Of a DNA stretch of 59,599 nucleotides, positions 48,730 through 57,763 are shown piece by piece. Position 1 is the stretch's first letter; each line of letters begins with the position of its first letter. Origin of the DNA: Thermodesulfobacteriota bacterium (GTDB taxonomy: Bacteria; Desulfobacterota; Desulfobacteria; Desulfobacterales; B30-G6); assembly GCA_039714495.1 (NCBI GenBank), contig JBDLJD010000004.1, forward strand, positions 1-59,599, read 5' to 3'. Made by a program: the position numbers and the translations under genes. The notes below the pieces were generated by a model. It was given only the letters and a program-made list of their open reading frames with translations. It searched no databases and was not told the origin of the DNA.

Positions 48730-51726
48730 TCAAAGCGGTTTGACGCGATCCACCGTCAGCGTTACGGCCCCCCAGTCTTCTTCCACTTTTCCGTAAAGCA
48801 GATACGGCCGGTTGCGATCCACCATGTGGCAAAAACGTTTGTACACCGCCGGAAAAAAAGTGGTTTCCACAATGCCGCCTTCATCTTCAAAGGTCAAGAA
48901 CTCCATGGTGTCGCCGTGTTTGGTCTGGACTTTTTTGCCGGTGATCAGCCACCCGGCAAAACAGATGCGCCTGTTCACAAATTGGCGCAGATGAATGGCT
49001 TTCACCGTGCGGACCCCTTTAAGGGCTTTTTTAAAAAGAGTCATGGGGTGGCAATCGCACAGAAATCCGAGGGTTGCGTATTCCCGCCGCAGGCGTTCGC
49101 GGTCGTCCGGGGTTGGCAAAGCCGGCAAGGGCAGGCTTTTTTCGTCACTGTCGAAAAGCGTCCTCTCCTGCATTCTTTTTGAACGGTCCTTGAACCATTG
49201 GGCCAGTTCCCACATGAGGGTTGCCCGGTTGCCGTTGCTGCAGAACGCATCCAGGGCCCCGCAGTTAATCAGGGCCCGCGCTTCCGTTTCGTCCGGGCGC
49301 ACCCGCATTAAAAAGTCGGGCAGGCTCTTAAACAATTTTTCCCGGCGTTGGGCAATGATGCGTTCCCGGCATTTTACGGAAAGCGCCTTGATTGCCAAAA
49401 AACCCACCCGCATGGACCGGCTGTTCCCCTTCCAGGCGATGCCACTGTGGTTGACATGGGGCGGTTCGATGCCGACCCCCATGCGCCGCGCCTCGGACAC
49501 ATAGGCAAAGGTGCTGTAAAAACCGCCCTGGTTGCTGATCACCGCGGCCATGAATTCAGCCGGGAAGTGCACCTTGAGATAGGCGGCCTGAAAAGAAACG
49601 CGTGCGTAGGACGCGCTGTGGGGCTTGCAAAAGGAATAGCCGCTGAAGCTCATCATCATGGCCCAGATCTCCTGGATTTTCTCTTCGGAAACTCCGCGCT
49701 TTCTAGCCCCCTCGTGGAATCGTTCGCAAAAATCCTTAAGCGCGCGCTCGCGGTCCTTCTTGGACATCACCTTCCGCAATCCATCGGCCTCGGCATGCGA
49801 AAAACCGGCTGTTGACACAGCGGCCCGGGAAACGTCCTCCTGGTAAACCATGATGCCGAAGGTCTCGTCCAGCACGTCGGCCAGAAGGGGATGGATCGGG
49901 TCCCAGGCGCCGCCGTGCAGGCGCCGGACATATTCCTGGATGAACTCGTTGGCTGCCGGGCGGATGATGCTGCTGTGAATGACCAGGTGGTCGAAATCCC
50001 CCACGGCCGCCTTTTTCTGCAAGAGCCGCATAGCCGGGCTTTCAATATAAAAGCACCCCATGGTATGGCCGTGCGCCAGGGCCTCCTGGGTGGCAAAATC
50101 ATCCTCCGGTTCCCAGGCAGCTTCATCAAAAGCAATGCTGTTCTGGCGCACATTCCCGACAGTGTCCCGGATGACGCCCAGACTGCGGTTGCCCAGAAGG
50201 TCAATTTTCACCAGGCCGGCATCTTCCGCACTGTCCTTTTCCCACTGAATGATCGGTACCCCCTTGGGCGCCCGCTCCAGGGGGACATACGCGTCGATAC
50301 GGCCGGGGGTGATAACCACCCCGCCGGGATGGACGGACAAATAGCGGGGAATGCCCATGATGCGCTGGGCAAGCGTTATCACCGCGGGCCACGGCTCAGG
50401 ATAGTCCAGGTGCCTGGATTCCGGCCTGTTTTCGAGGCTGGCCATCAGATCGGCGCCCACGGCCCTGGCACGGAAATGGTAGGGCAGGCCTTTGGCAATG
50501 CTTCCGATCTCATTGCCGGTCAGGCCGTACACCTTAGCCGTTTCCCGCAGGGCCATGCGCGGCTGAAAAGAAACATGATTGGCCACCATGGCCGCATGGC
50601 CCTTGTATTCGGTCAGCACATTCTCCAATATGGCGTCACGCTCATCCCAGGCAAAATCGATGTCCAGGTCGGGCGGGTCCTGCCGGCCGGGATTCAAAAA
50701 CCGTTCAAAGTAGAGGTTGTGTTTGAGGGGGCAGACATTGGTGATCCCCAGGCAAAAGGAAACAATGGAAGCCGCGCCCGATCCCCGTCCGCAGGTGCGC
50801 GGGGTGCTGCCCACAATGCTTTTCACCACCAGAAAATAGGCGGCAAACCCCATGCCGGCAATGATGCGCAGCTCGTGCTCGACCCTTTCCACGACAGGTT
50901 CGGGCAGTTCGCCCCCGTAGCGTAAGGCCGCCCCGGCATAGACCGCCTCCCGGAGGCACGCATCGGCACCCTGTCCGTTCCCGTTGTCTCCTTCCCAGGG
51001 AGGCATCACCACACCGAAATCGGGCCCCTTAAAAACAATCCTTTCCGCTATTTCCCGGGAGGCCCGCACCGCATCCGGGCAGATGGCAAACCGCCGGGCA
51101 TAGGTGCCCGGGTCGGCCAGCCAGGCATCGGCCGGGGCGACGTCATCGGCCGACAGACCGGACAGGACGGCATTGCGGTCAATGGCCCGCAGCAGCCGGT
51201 GGACAGGCCTTTCCCCGGGTTCGATAAAAAAGCTCCCCGGTGTGGCTACCATGGGGACCCCCAGATGACGGGCCGTACAGCAGAGGGGGTGGCTGAAGGG
51301 AAGCGGCTTGCGGGGCATGTCTGCGGCAACCCGCACCCCGGCACCGTGCCATGTCTCCAGCAGGCCGGCATCCCGGGCCAGCACCGTCATGCCGGAGGCC
51401 CTTAAGGGCAGCTCCTTTTCCAGGTCAAATGCGTCTGCCATGTGCCGGCGTGTCAGCAAACGGCAGAGATTGCCATAGCCGCTGTCGTTTTCCACCAGGC
51501 ACACGGCCCGGGACCCGGAGGCGGGGTCGCTCACCTCCGCTCCGATAATGGGGCGCAGCCCTTCCCGGCGGCACGCGGCAATGAAATTCCACATACCGTA
51601 AAGGTTGTCGACGTCGGTCAGGGCCAGACGATCGTAGCCCATACGGGCGGCAGCCCGGCACAACTGTTTTATGGAGTTGACGCCCTGCATCAGGGAGTAG
51701 TGGGATTTGACGTTTAAAGGAACCAT
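48730..51726 (-). CDS. dnaE2: Error-prone DNA polymerase III alpha subunit DnaE2 (ImuC)
   Basis: PHP domain, GRGSGA, PDLDIDF, KIDLLG, FCKPH; 998 aa ending at the OB fold; sits in a lexA cassette. Confidence 0.9.
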   Translation of the reverse strand: MVPLNVKSHYSLMQGVNSIKQLCRAAARMGYDRLALTDVDNLYGMWNFIAACRREGLRPIIGAEVSDPASGSRAVCLVENDSGYGNLCRLLTRRHMADAFDLEKELPLRASGMTVLARDAGLLETWHGAGVRVAADMPRKPLPFSHPLCCTARHLGVPMVATPGSFFIEPGERPVHRLLRAIDRNAVLSGLSADDVAPADAWLADPGTYARRFAICPDAVRASREIAERIVFKGPDFGVVMPPWEGDNGNGQGADACLREAVYAGAALRYGGELPEPVVERVEHELRIIAGMGFAAYFLVVKSIVGSTPRTCGRGSGAASIVSFCLGITNVCPLKHNLYFERFLNPGRQDPPDLDIDFAWDERDAILENVLTEYKGHAAMVANHVSFQPRMALRETAKVYGLTGNEIGSIAKGLPYHFRARAVGADLMASLENRPESRHLDYPEPWPAVITLAQRIMGIPRYLSVHPGGVVITPGRIDAYVPLERAPKGVPIIQWEKDSAEDAGLVKIDLLGNRSLGVIRDTVGNVRQNSIAFDEAAWEPEDDFATQEALAHGHTMGCFYIESPAMRLLQKKAAVGDFDHLVIHSSIIRPAANEFIQEYVRRLHGGAWDPIHPLLADVLDETFGIMVYQEDVSRAAVSTAGFSHAEADGLRKVMSKKDRERALKDFCERFHEGARKRGVSEEKIQEIWAMMMSFSGYSFCKPHSASYARVSFQAAYLKVHFPAEFMAAVISNQGGFYSTFAYVSEARRMGVGIEPPHVNHSGIAWKGNSRSMRVGFLAIKALSVKCRERIIAQRREKLFKSLPDFLMRVRPDETEARALINCGALDAFCSNGNRATLMWELAQWFKDRSKRMQERTLFDSDEKSLPLPALPTPDDRERLRREYATLGFLCDCHPMTLFKKALKGVRTVKAIHLRQFVNRRICFAGWLITGKKVQTKHGDTMEFLTFEDEGGIVETTFFPAVYKRFCHMVDRNRPYLLYGKVEEDWGAVTLTVDRVKPL

Positions 51727-51872
51727 AGAGCCGTTTTAGGTTTTACGTTTTGAGTTTTAGGTGTACTTCCTACGGAAGTAAGCTGTTAGCTCTTGGCCGA
51801 TGGCTCTTGATGATACCGGCTAACAGCTATGGCCGACATCCATCGGTTTGGTTTTTCGCCTAATAATTTGAA

Positions 51873-51950
51873 TCACGAAAACACGAAATCCAAAAAGCAC
51901 GAAATGTTCAGGATAATTTTCGTGTTTTCATTCTTTCGTGATTTCGTGAT
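51873..51950. repeat. CACGAAA-type inverted-repeat element
   Basis: TCACGAAAACACGAAA...CACGAAA facing TTTCGTG...TTTCGTGATTTCGTGA. Confidence 0.6.
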
Positions 51951-51955
51951 GAAAA

Positions 51956-52050
51956 AATTACGCCCGAAGGGCAAATTACGTGCGAAGCACAAATGTCGGC
52001 CGCAGGCCTAATAACGCACGTCAGCGCAAATGACAGCCGAAGGCGTAATT
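51956..52050 (+). repeat. Second array of 18-19-bp GNA mini-hairpin units, same orientation as 48599-48670
   Basis: AATTACGCCCGAAGGGCA / AATTACGTGCGAAGCACA / AATGTCGGCCGCAGGCCT / AATAACGCACGTCAGCGCA / AATGACAGCCGAAGGCGT. Confidence 0.88.
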
Positions 52051-52055
52051 GTGTT

Positions 52056-53228
52056 TCACGCCGCTAATGTTCGCCCAACATGGATCATATCCCGGCCGAA
52101 ACGGCTGCGCACGCAATCGATGGCGGCAACAATGCGGTCCTGCTTTTCCCTGGTTTGCCGGTCTTCCGGAAAAAGCGCCATCTGGGCCGGGGGAAAAACC
52201 AGACGGTCGCAGGTAAGGCGCATGTGGCGGATGCGCAGCCGGCGCACCCGGGCCAGGTTCAAGGCCTGCCGGGCCGCCTTGAACAGTGTCAGGTCGTTGG
52301 CGGTTGCCGGCTTTGCCGCTGCCTGGCGGACACACCGGATCCCGTCTGAATAATCCAGGGCGATGCTGACGTGCCGTGCTGCCCGCCGTTGCCGGCGCAG
52401 CCTGCGGCCGGCATGTTCCACCATGCCGTAAAGGGCGCCCTCCAGGATCGTGCGTTCGTTGGTGTCCTCGTCGAAATCATGGTCGCTGATGACCGCCGGC
52501 CGCTGTTGGCCTGCCGGCAGCACCGGGGAGACGTCGATGCCCCGCACGGTCTCGTACAGAAAACGGGCGCGGTTTCCAAAAGGCACCTGCAAATGTTCCA
52601 GGCTCAACGCCATGACCTGGGATACCCGGGTGAAGTTGAACTCCTTCAGCCGGCTGAGGTCGTCCCGTTCGATGCCGGGCACCAGCCACACAGGGAGAGG
52701 CGCCAAAAAAACCGCCTCCTCGCCGGCGCCCACCACATACTCCCCTGTGGGCTTCACTAGGCGTGTGGCCACCTTGGCCACCAGCTTGTTGGGTGCCACC
52801 GACCATATGGGGTCCAGGCCGAGGTCCGTTTTCACCTGCCGGCGCAGCCGCCAGGCAATATCCACGGGCGGCCCGAAAAGCCTGCTTGTTCCGGAGGTGT
52901 CCACAAAAAGATGACCGTCCACATCGCCGGCCTCCACCAGCGGTGAATACGGCAACGCCTGCTTGAACAGCGCCCGCATGGCCCGTTCGTAGCGGTCCGG
53001 GTGGGGGGGGAGGACAGACGCGTCACGGCACAGGCGCCGGGCCGTACGCAAAAGCATATGTTTCTGGACACCGCTCTGGTACGCCTCTTCGCTCATGTCG
53101 TACACCATTGCCCGGGCCGACCCCAAGGGAGCGACAATCACCGGCCGGTCCTGCAGCCCGCGGTCCACGACCCGCTCGACAGCCACGGCAAAATCGGCAA
53201 CGTTTAGATGAATGATGGAACGTTCCAT
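52056..53228 (-). CDS. imuB: ImuB-like catalytically degenerate Y-family polymerase
   Basis: DinB fold but HLNVADF replaces HxDxDxF and DVDGHLFVD replaces SIDEAYLD; clamp-binding-like QMALF near the C-terminus. Confidence 0.82.
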   Translation of the reverse strand: MERSIIHLNVADFAVAVERVVDRGLQDRPVIVAPLGSARAMVYDMSEEAYQSGVQKHMLLRTARRLCRDASVLPPHPDRYERAMRALFKQALPYSPLVEAGDVDGHLFVDTSGTSRLFGPPVDIAWRLRRQVKTDLGLDPIWSVAPNKLVAKVATRLVKPTGEYVVGAGEEAVFLAPLPVWLVPGIERDDLSRLKEFNFTRVSQVMALSLEHLQVPFGNRARFLYETVRGIDVSPVLPAGQQRPAVISDHDFDEDTNERTILEGALYGMVEHAGRRLRRQRRAARHVSIALDYSDGIRCVRQAAAKPATANDLTLFKAARQALNLARVRRLRIRHMRLTCDRLVFPPAQMALFPEDRQTREKQDRIVAAIDCVRSRFGRDMIHVGRTLAA

Positions 53229-53293
53229 AATAAAAAATAAGTTTAAATAAAAATTATTCGACACGTATTCACTTAGCGCTTCACACGCAAAGG

Positions 53294-54109
53294 TTAGTGC
53301 ATGAGCCCTTGATCTACCAGCAGGCGAATCATAGCCAGGGCGTTTTGGGGTGCCTGGGCCCGGACGTGGTTGTTGAAAAAGAGCAATCCGCTGCAGGTCT
53401 GCCCGGCCATGCGTTCGATCTTTTCTTCGGTCCATTCGTGCAGTTCAGCCTCTGTGTAGTCATAATTGAACTGTTTCTGCATATTGCCGGATCGCCACCC
53501 CCGGGCATTGCGGCCGTGAAAGCGGATGTAGAAAAGGTCCGGACTGGTGACAATGTCAAGCCGCGGGAAAAGCTCTTTAAGACCGGGCGCATCCACCGAC
53601 ACCAGGGCGGTTTGGCGCCGTTCCAGCTCCACATACACCCGTTCGGTTGCCCAGGAGACGTGCCGGAACTCCACGGCCGCCCGCAGCCCGTGGAGCTCAT
53701 CCAGCAGCGCGGCCAGATAGTGCCGGTTTTGGGGTGTCCGCTGGAATGAAGGCGGAAACTGCACCAGCACGGCCGCAAGCTGCCCGGACTGTATGAGGGG
53801 GGCGATGCCGTCCCGGTATTGGGCGGCATGTGTCCGCCACTGGTCCGCGTCGATCTCGTGGGTCAGGTAGCGCGTCAGCTTGGCGGCAAATTGAAAATCC
53901 GATGGGACCTGTTGGCGCATCCGCTCGATGGCCGGCGCCTTGGGCATCTGGTACCAGGTATAGTTCAGTTCGGTAACAGAGAACCGGCGGGTGTATTGCT
54001 GCAGCATCGCCCCCGGCTTCGTGTCCGGGGGGTAAAATCCGGCATCCAGCCATTCCGCATACGAATACCCGCTCGTGCCCACGCGGATGGTGCAGGGGTA
54101 TTTTGACAT
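53294..54109 (-). CDS. DUF72 (YecE-like) TIM-barrel protein
   Basis: GTSGYSY..W, ELN.T.Y, QFPPSF, VEFRH.SW, YIRFHGRN, Y.Y...EL, FFNN. Confidence 0.92.
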   Translation of the reverse strand: MSKYPCTIRVGTSGYSYAEWLDAGFYPPDTKPGAMLQQYTRRFSVTELNYTWYQMPKAPAIERMRQQVPSDFQFAAKLTRYLTHEIDADQWRTHAAQYRDGIAPLIQSGQLAAVLVQFPPSFQRTPQNRHYLAALLDELHGLRAAVEFRHVSWATERVYVELERRQTALVSVDAPGLKELFPRLDIVTSPDLFYIRFHGRNARGWRSGNMQKQFNYDYTEAELHEWTEEKIERMAGQTCSGLLFFNNHVRAQAPQNALAMIRLLVDQGLMH

Positions 54110-54452
54110 TTGATATTTCCTCCCCTTGTCCGAGTTGATCCAAGTAAATGCTTCCTGGTGTCGGGTGTCAGGTTAGCTTCTGGCGGCCAGTAAAAAGTTC
54201 AAAATTCGATGTTCTCATAAATTTGGTCAGATCCGGGTCAAGTCCTGATTAAAAATTGTCACTTTATATGTTGCGTTGCAGTGTTTTGATACTTGATTAT
54301 TGGACATTGAATATTGGTTATTGGATATTCAAAAAGGCAAAGGGCGAATGTCCAATTTCCAATAGCGAATAGCCAATTTCCAAGTGCTTTTTGAGGTACC
54401 GTTTCCTGACCTCTGATCTCCGACCTCCGAAAATCTCCCTACTCCTTACTGC

Positions 54453-55082
54453 TTACTCCCTACTTAAGCAGCGCTGGAGGCCCACGACCTTGCCCTGGAC
54501 CAGCACTTCGTCGAAGCCGTAGCAAACAGGTTTGTAGCGCGGATTTTCCGGCCGCAGTTCGATGCTGTCGCGGTGCAGGAAAAACCGTTTGACGGTTGCC
54601 TCTTCACCATGGATCAACACAACCACGATCTCTCCGTTTTGAGCATACTGGCGCGGCTCGCAGATGGCCAGGTCGCCGTCCAGAATCCCCGCCCCCTGCA
54701 TCGAATCCCCGCGGATGCGCAGGGCAAAAAGATTTTGCCCGTGGTAGAGGCCGGCATCCAGTACAACACTCCCGGCCCATTCTTCCTGGGCATACATGGG
54801 CAAACCGGCCGTCACCTGCCCCACAATTGGAATCTCGCGCCAGCGCTGGTGACCGGCGGTTTCACGCGCACGGTTCAGGATGTGAATCGTCCGGCTGTAG
54901 CGCCCCTCCCGCTTGACATACCCCTTGTCCTCCAGGATCCGCAGGCTCTGGGCGACGGCTGCATGGCTCACCCCCAGGTCGGACGCCGCCTGCCGGAGGC
55001 TCGGCACCTGCCCTTCCCGGTCGATGGCCTGCCGCAGGTGAGCCAGCAGATGCGCCTGTTTGTCGGTCAGTTTGCGTCGCAT
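54453..55082 (-). CDS. lexA: LexA repressor
   Basis: N-terminal wHTH (LTDKQ, PSLRQ, LEDKGY), Ala-Gly cleavage site VTAGLP, catalytic GDSM and TVKR. Confidence 0.93.
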   Translation of the reverse strand: MRRKLTDKQAHLLAHLRQAIDREGQVPSLRQAASDLGVSHAAVAQSLRILEDKGYVKREGRYSRTIHILNRARETAGHQRWREIPIVGQVTAGLPMYAQEEWAGSVVLDAGLYHGQNLFALRIRGDSMQGAGILDGDLAICEPRQYAQNGEIVVVLIHGEEATVKRFFLHRDSIELRPENPRYKPVCYGFDEVLVQGKVVGLQRCLSRE

Positions 55083-55214
55083 GGTCTCCTCCCAAAACAA
55101 ATACACTGGAACGCTGGAGTATTGGGTTCGGTGGCATGCGTTCCATCACTCCAATACGCCATTGATCCCTTTGTGCCTTCGCGTCTTTGTGGCTAAATCA
55201 TTCAACCGGATACA

Positions 55215-55262
55215 ATCATACACCTTCAAAAATGTAAACGTCAATGTAAATATTAATGTAAA
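55215..55262 (-). promoter_or_regulatory. lexA-cassette promoter overlapped by three TTTACATT direct repeats (12-bp period)
   Basis: TTGACG-18nt-TATGAT on the minus strand; AATGTAAA at 55231, 55243 and 55255 (+ strand). Confidence 0.6.
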
Positions 55263-55340
55263 TGAAATTGTGTTCCACGATTTTATAAAACGCGACACGG
55301 ATGCATTGAAAACAGGACGCAATCATGCCATACAATAAAA

Positions 55341-56945
55341 ATGGCTGCCTCATCGACACATCAGGCGCACAAAAAAAATCCGGCGAGGCGCCGTGATTCG
55401 CTGTTCATCGCACTATATCTCCGCAACTTCGGGGCCAACCTGTTCAGTTTTGCGGCCATCATTCTCCTGAATACGTTCACACCGCTCGACTTTTTCAAGT
55501 TGCGGAAAGGATTCTTTTTTATGCAGGGGGGCTGGATGGTGTTCCTGCTCTTTTTCATACTGACGAACCTGCTGGTGCTGGCCCTTCAGTATTATTTCCA
55601 ACGCCCGATCGCCAGGTATTCAAGCGCCCTGCATCGAGATCTGGAGATAGACGTACCGCTGGAAAACAAGGCGCGGAAACGCTTGCTGAACCTGCCTTTC
55701 ATCATTGCACTGGTCGATTTGACCATGTTTATCATTGTTCCTGTCACCCTCATGTCAACGCTCAACTTCTTCAAGGGCATTCCCATGGGGATGAGCCTGT
55801 TCATACTTTTCAGGACCTTCATGCTCGGGCTGATCGCCGCCTGGCTGTCCTTTTTCCTCATCGAAGACTATGCACGCAACAAACTGGTACCCCTCTTTTT
55901 TCCCAAGGGACGGCTCACATCTACCCCAGGCGTCATACGGCTCTCCATTCTGCGAAGGATCCGGCTGCTCAACATGGCCGGGACGCTGAACCCTTTGGTT
56001 CTTCTGGTCGTGACCGTCGGGTTCATCGCGTGGGAGGTCGAGGGGACGGGCATATCGGCAGCACTTTTGAGCCGAGAGATACTGGTCTTTACCCTGCTGC
56101 TGAGTGCCGTATTCCTGGCTATCGTCATCAAACTGAATTACCTGGTGAGCAACTCGATCATCCAGCCCATCAACAACATGCTCGAGGTCATCGAACAGGT
56201 GAAGGGCAGCGATTTCAATCAGCGGGTGAGGGTTATCTCCAACGACGAAATCGGCATTCTAGGCGACACCGGCAACAATATGATCCGGGGCCTGGCCGAC
56301 CGGAAACACATCCGGGACACCTTTGGGAGATATACCACCCCTGAAATCAGGGACCATATATTGAGCGGTAACGTTCCCGTGGACGGCGAGCTGCGAACCG
56401 CCACCCTGCTCTTTTCAGATCTGCGCGGTTTTACTGCTTACGTGGAGGATAACCCGCCGGCAGAGGTAATCAGAAGCATGCGTGCCTATTTTACGGCCAT
56501 GCAGCGAGCAATCCGGCAGCACAACGGGTTGGTGCTGCAGTATGTGGGGGATGAAATTGAAGCGGTGTTCGGGGTGCCCATCAAGCAGCCCGGGCATGCG
56601 GACAAGGCCGTGCAGGCCGCCCTGGAGATGCGTAAAAGCCTGGACCGGTTGAACGTTCAAAGGACCGACCGGCGGAAACCGCCGTTTGCGCACGGCATCG
56701 GCATCTGCACCGGCCAGGTGTTGGCCGGCATCACGGGAAGTGAAAACCGGCAGTCCTACACCCTGATCGGCAGTACCGTTAATCTGGCATCGAGAATAGA
56801 GGAATTGACCAAGAAGGTGGGCTGCGACATCCTGATCAGTGAAGAAACAGTGGCAGACCTGTCCCAAGTATACCAGCTAAAAGAGGAATATCCACAACCT
56901 GTCAAAGGATATTCGAAGCCGGTTAAGGTGTATCGGCTTTTATGA
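55341..56945 (+). CDS. Membrane-bound class III adenylate/guanylate cyclase with HAMP domain
   Basis: Several TM helices, HAMP (DEIG.L), LFSDLRGF, YVGD, G.G...G, VNLASR. Confidence 0.92.
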   Translation: MAASSTHQAHKKNPARRRDSLFIALYLRNFGANLFSFAAIILLNTFTPLDFFKLRKGFFFMQGGWMVFLLFFILTNLLVLALQYYFQRPIARYSSALHRDLEIDVPLENKARKRLLNLPFIIALVDLTMFIIVPVTLMSTLNFFKGIPMGMSLFILFRTFMLGLIAAWLSFFLIEDYARNKLVPLFFPKGRLTSTPGVIRLSILRRIRLLNMAGTLNPLVLLVVTVGFIAWEVEGTGISAALLSREILVFTLLLSAVFLAIVIKLNYLVSNSIIQPINNMLEVIEQVKGSDFNQRVRVISNDEIGILGDTGNNMIRGLADRKHIRDTFGRYTTPEIRDHILSGNVPVDGELRTATLLFSDLRGFTAYVEDNPPAEVIRSMRAYFTAMQRAIRQHNGLVLQYVGDEIEAVFGVPIKQPGHADKAVQAALEMRKSLDRLNVQRTDRRKPPFAHGIGICTGQVLAGITGSENRQSYTLIGSTVNLASRIEELTKKVGCDILISEETVADLSQVYQLKEEYPQPVKGYSKPVKVYRLL

Positions 56946-56996
56946 AGCTGTCAGTTCCCTCAGGAGTGTAGCGGGGAATTGATTATCGGTAAATAT

Positions 56997-57090
56997 AAAA
57001 AGCCGTCTGTAATTTCCAATGGGAAATTACAGACGGCTTTTTTATCAAAAAACAAATTCGTTCGCTCCCTTCAGCGAACGAATTTGTTTT
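56997..57090. terminator. Two tandem long hairpins between the convergent cyclase and HU genes
   Basis: 21-bp inverted repeat 56997-57042 with A/T tails and 18-bp inverted repeat 57049-57090. Confidence 0.8.
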
Positions 57091-57361
57091 ATACGGAGTC
57101 CAGCAGTTTTTTCCCGGCGGTAAACTTAACGACATTCTTGCCTTTGATCTTGATGACTTCGCCGGTCTGAGGATTGCGGCCTTTACGGGTCTTGCGGTAG
57201 ACTTTCTTGAAAGTTCCGAAGCCCACCAGGGTTACCTTGCCGTTTCTTTTCTTGAGGGCCTTGGTAACACCCGTCATAAAAGATGCCAGCGAAGCAGCAG
57301 CGGCAGTTTTGGAAATACCGGCATCCTTGGCCATCTGTTCAATCAGTTCTGCTTTTGTCAT
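57089..57361 (-). CDS. hup: HU-family DNA-binding protein
   Basis: MTKAELI, GFGTF, GRNPQTG. Confidence 0.95.
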   Translation of the reverse strand: MTKAELIEQMAKDAGISKTAAAASLASFMTGVTKALKKRNGKVTLVGFGTFKKVYRKTRKGRNPQTGEVIKIKGKNVVKFTAGKKLLDSV

Positions 57362-57763
57362 GTTCTCCTCCTGATAAAAAAAGTGAAATTGAAAAAAATG
57401 AATTTTCGGGCAGGCGATGCAGCCGCTGCCCTTCCTAATGTGTAAGGGGTCTTTATTTGATACGGACCGGCCTCATGGGTGCAATGCGAAATATAGCAAT
57501 TTTTTTAACTTGTCAAGAAGTAAAACCGCATTCGATACCGTTTTAGAGGGACGCGCCCCTTAAATGCCCTATTACTGCTGGTATTGTTGCCCAAGTGCAA
57601 ACAACATTTTTCTACCCCTTTTCCTGTTGACAGTCCAAATAACTCTTCTTAACTTGAGTCATCGTCAAAGTTGCCGCCCCAGTGGAACCCCTTGTTTTTT
57701 TCACGAGACCGGCAAATACAAGGAATTTAAAACGTTTACTTCAGGTTTTGAAAGTAGAACCCT

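Noticed and set aside
49891-50925. 344-aa plus-strand ORF (and similar ones at 46052, 47423, 43300, 14149)
   Set aside because: Antisense shadows of well-supported GC-rich genes
52056-53228. Active DNA polymerase IV (dinB)
   Set aside because: The catalytic Asp/Glu motifs are degenerate; the longer 53435 start overlaps DUF72 and was also dropped
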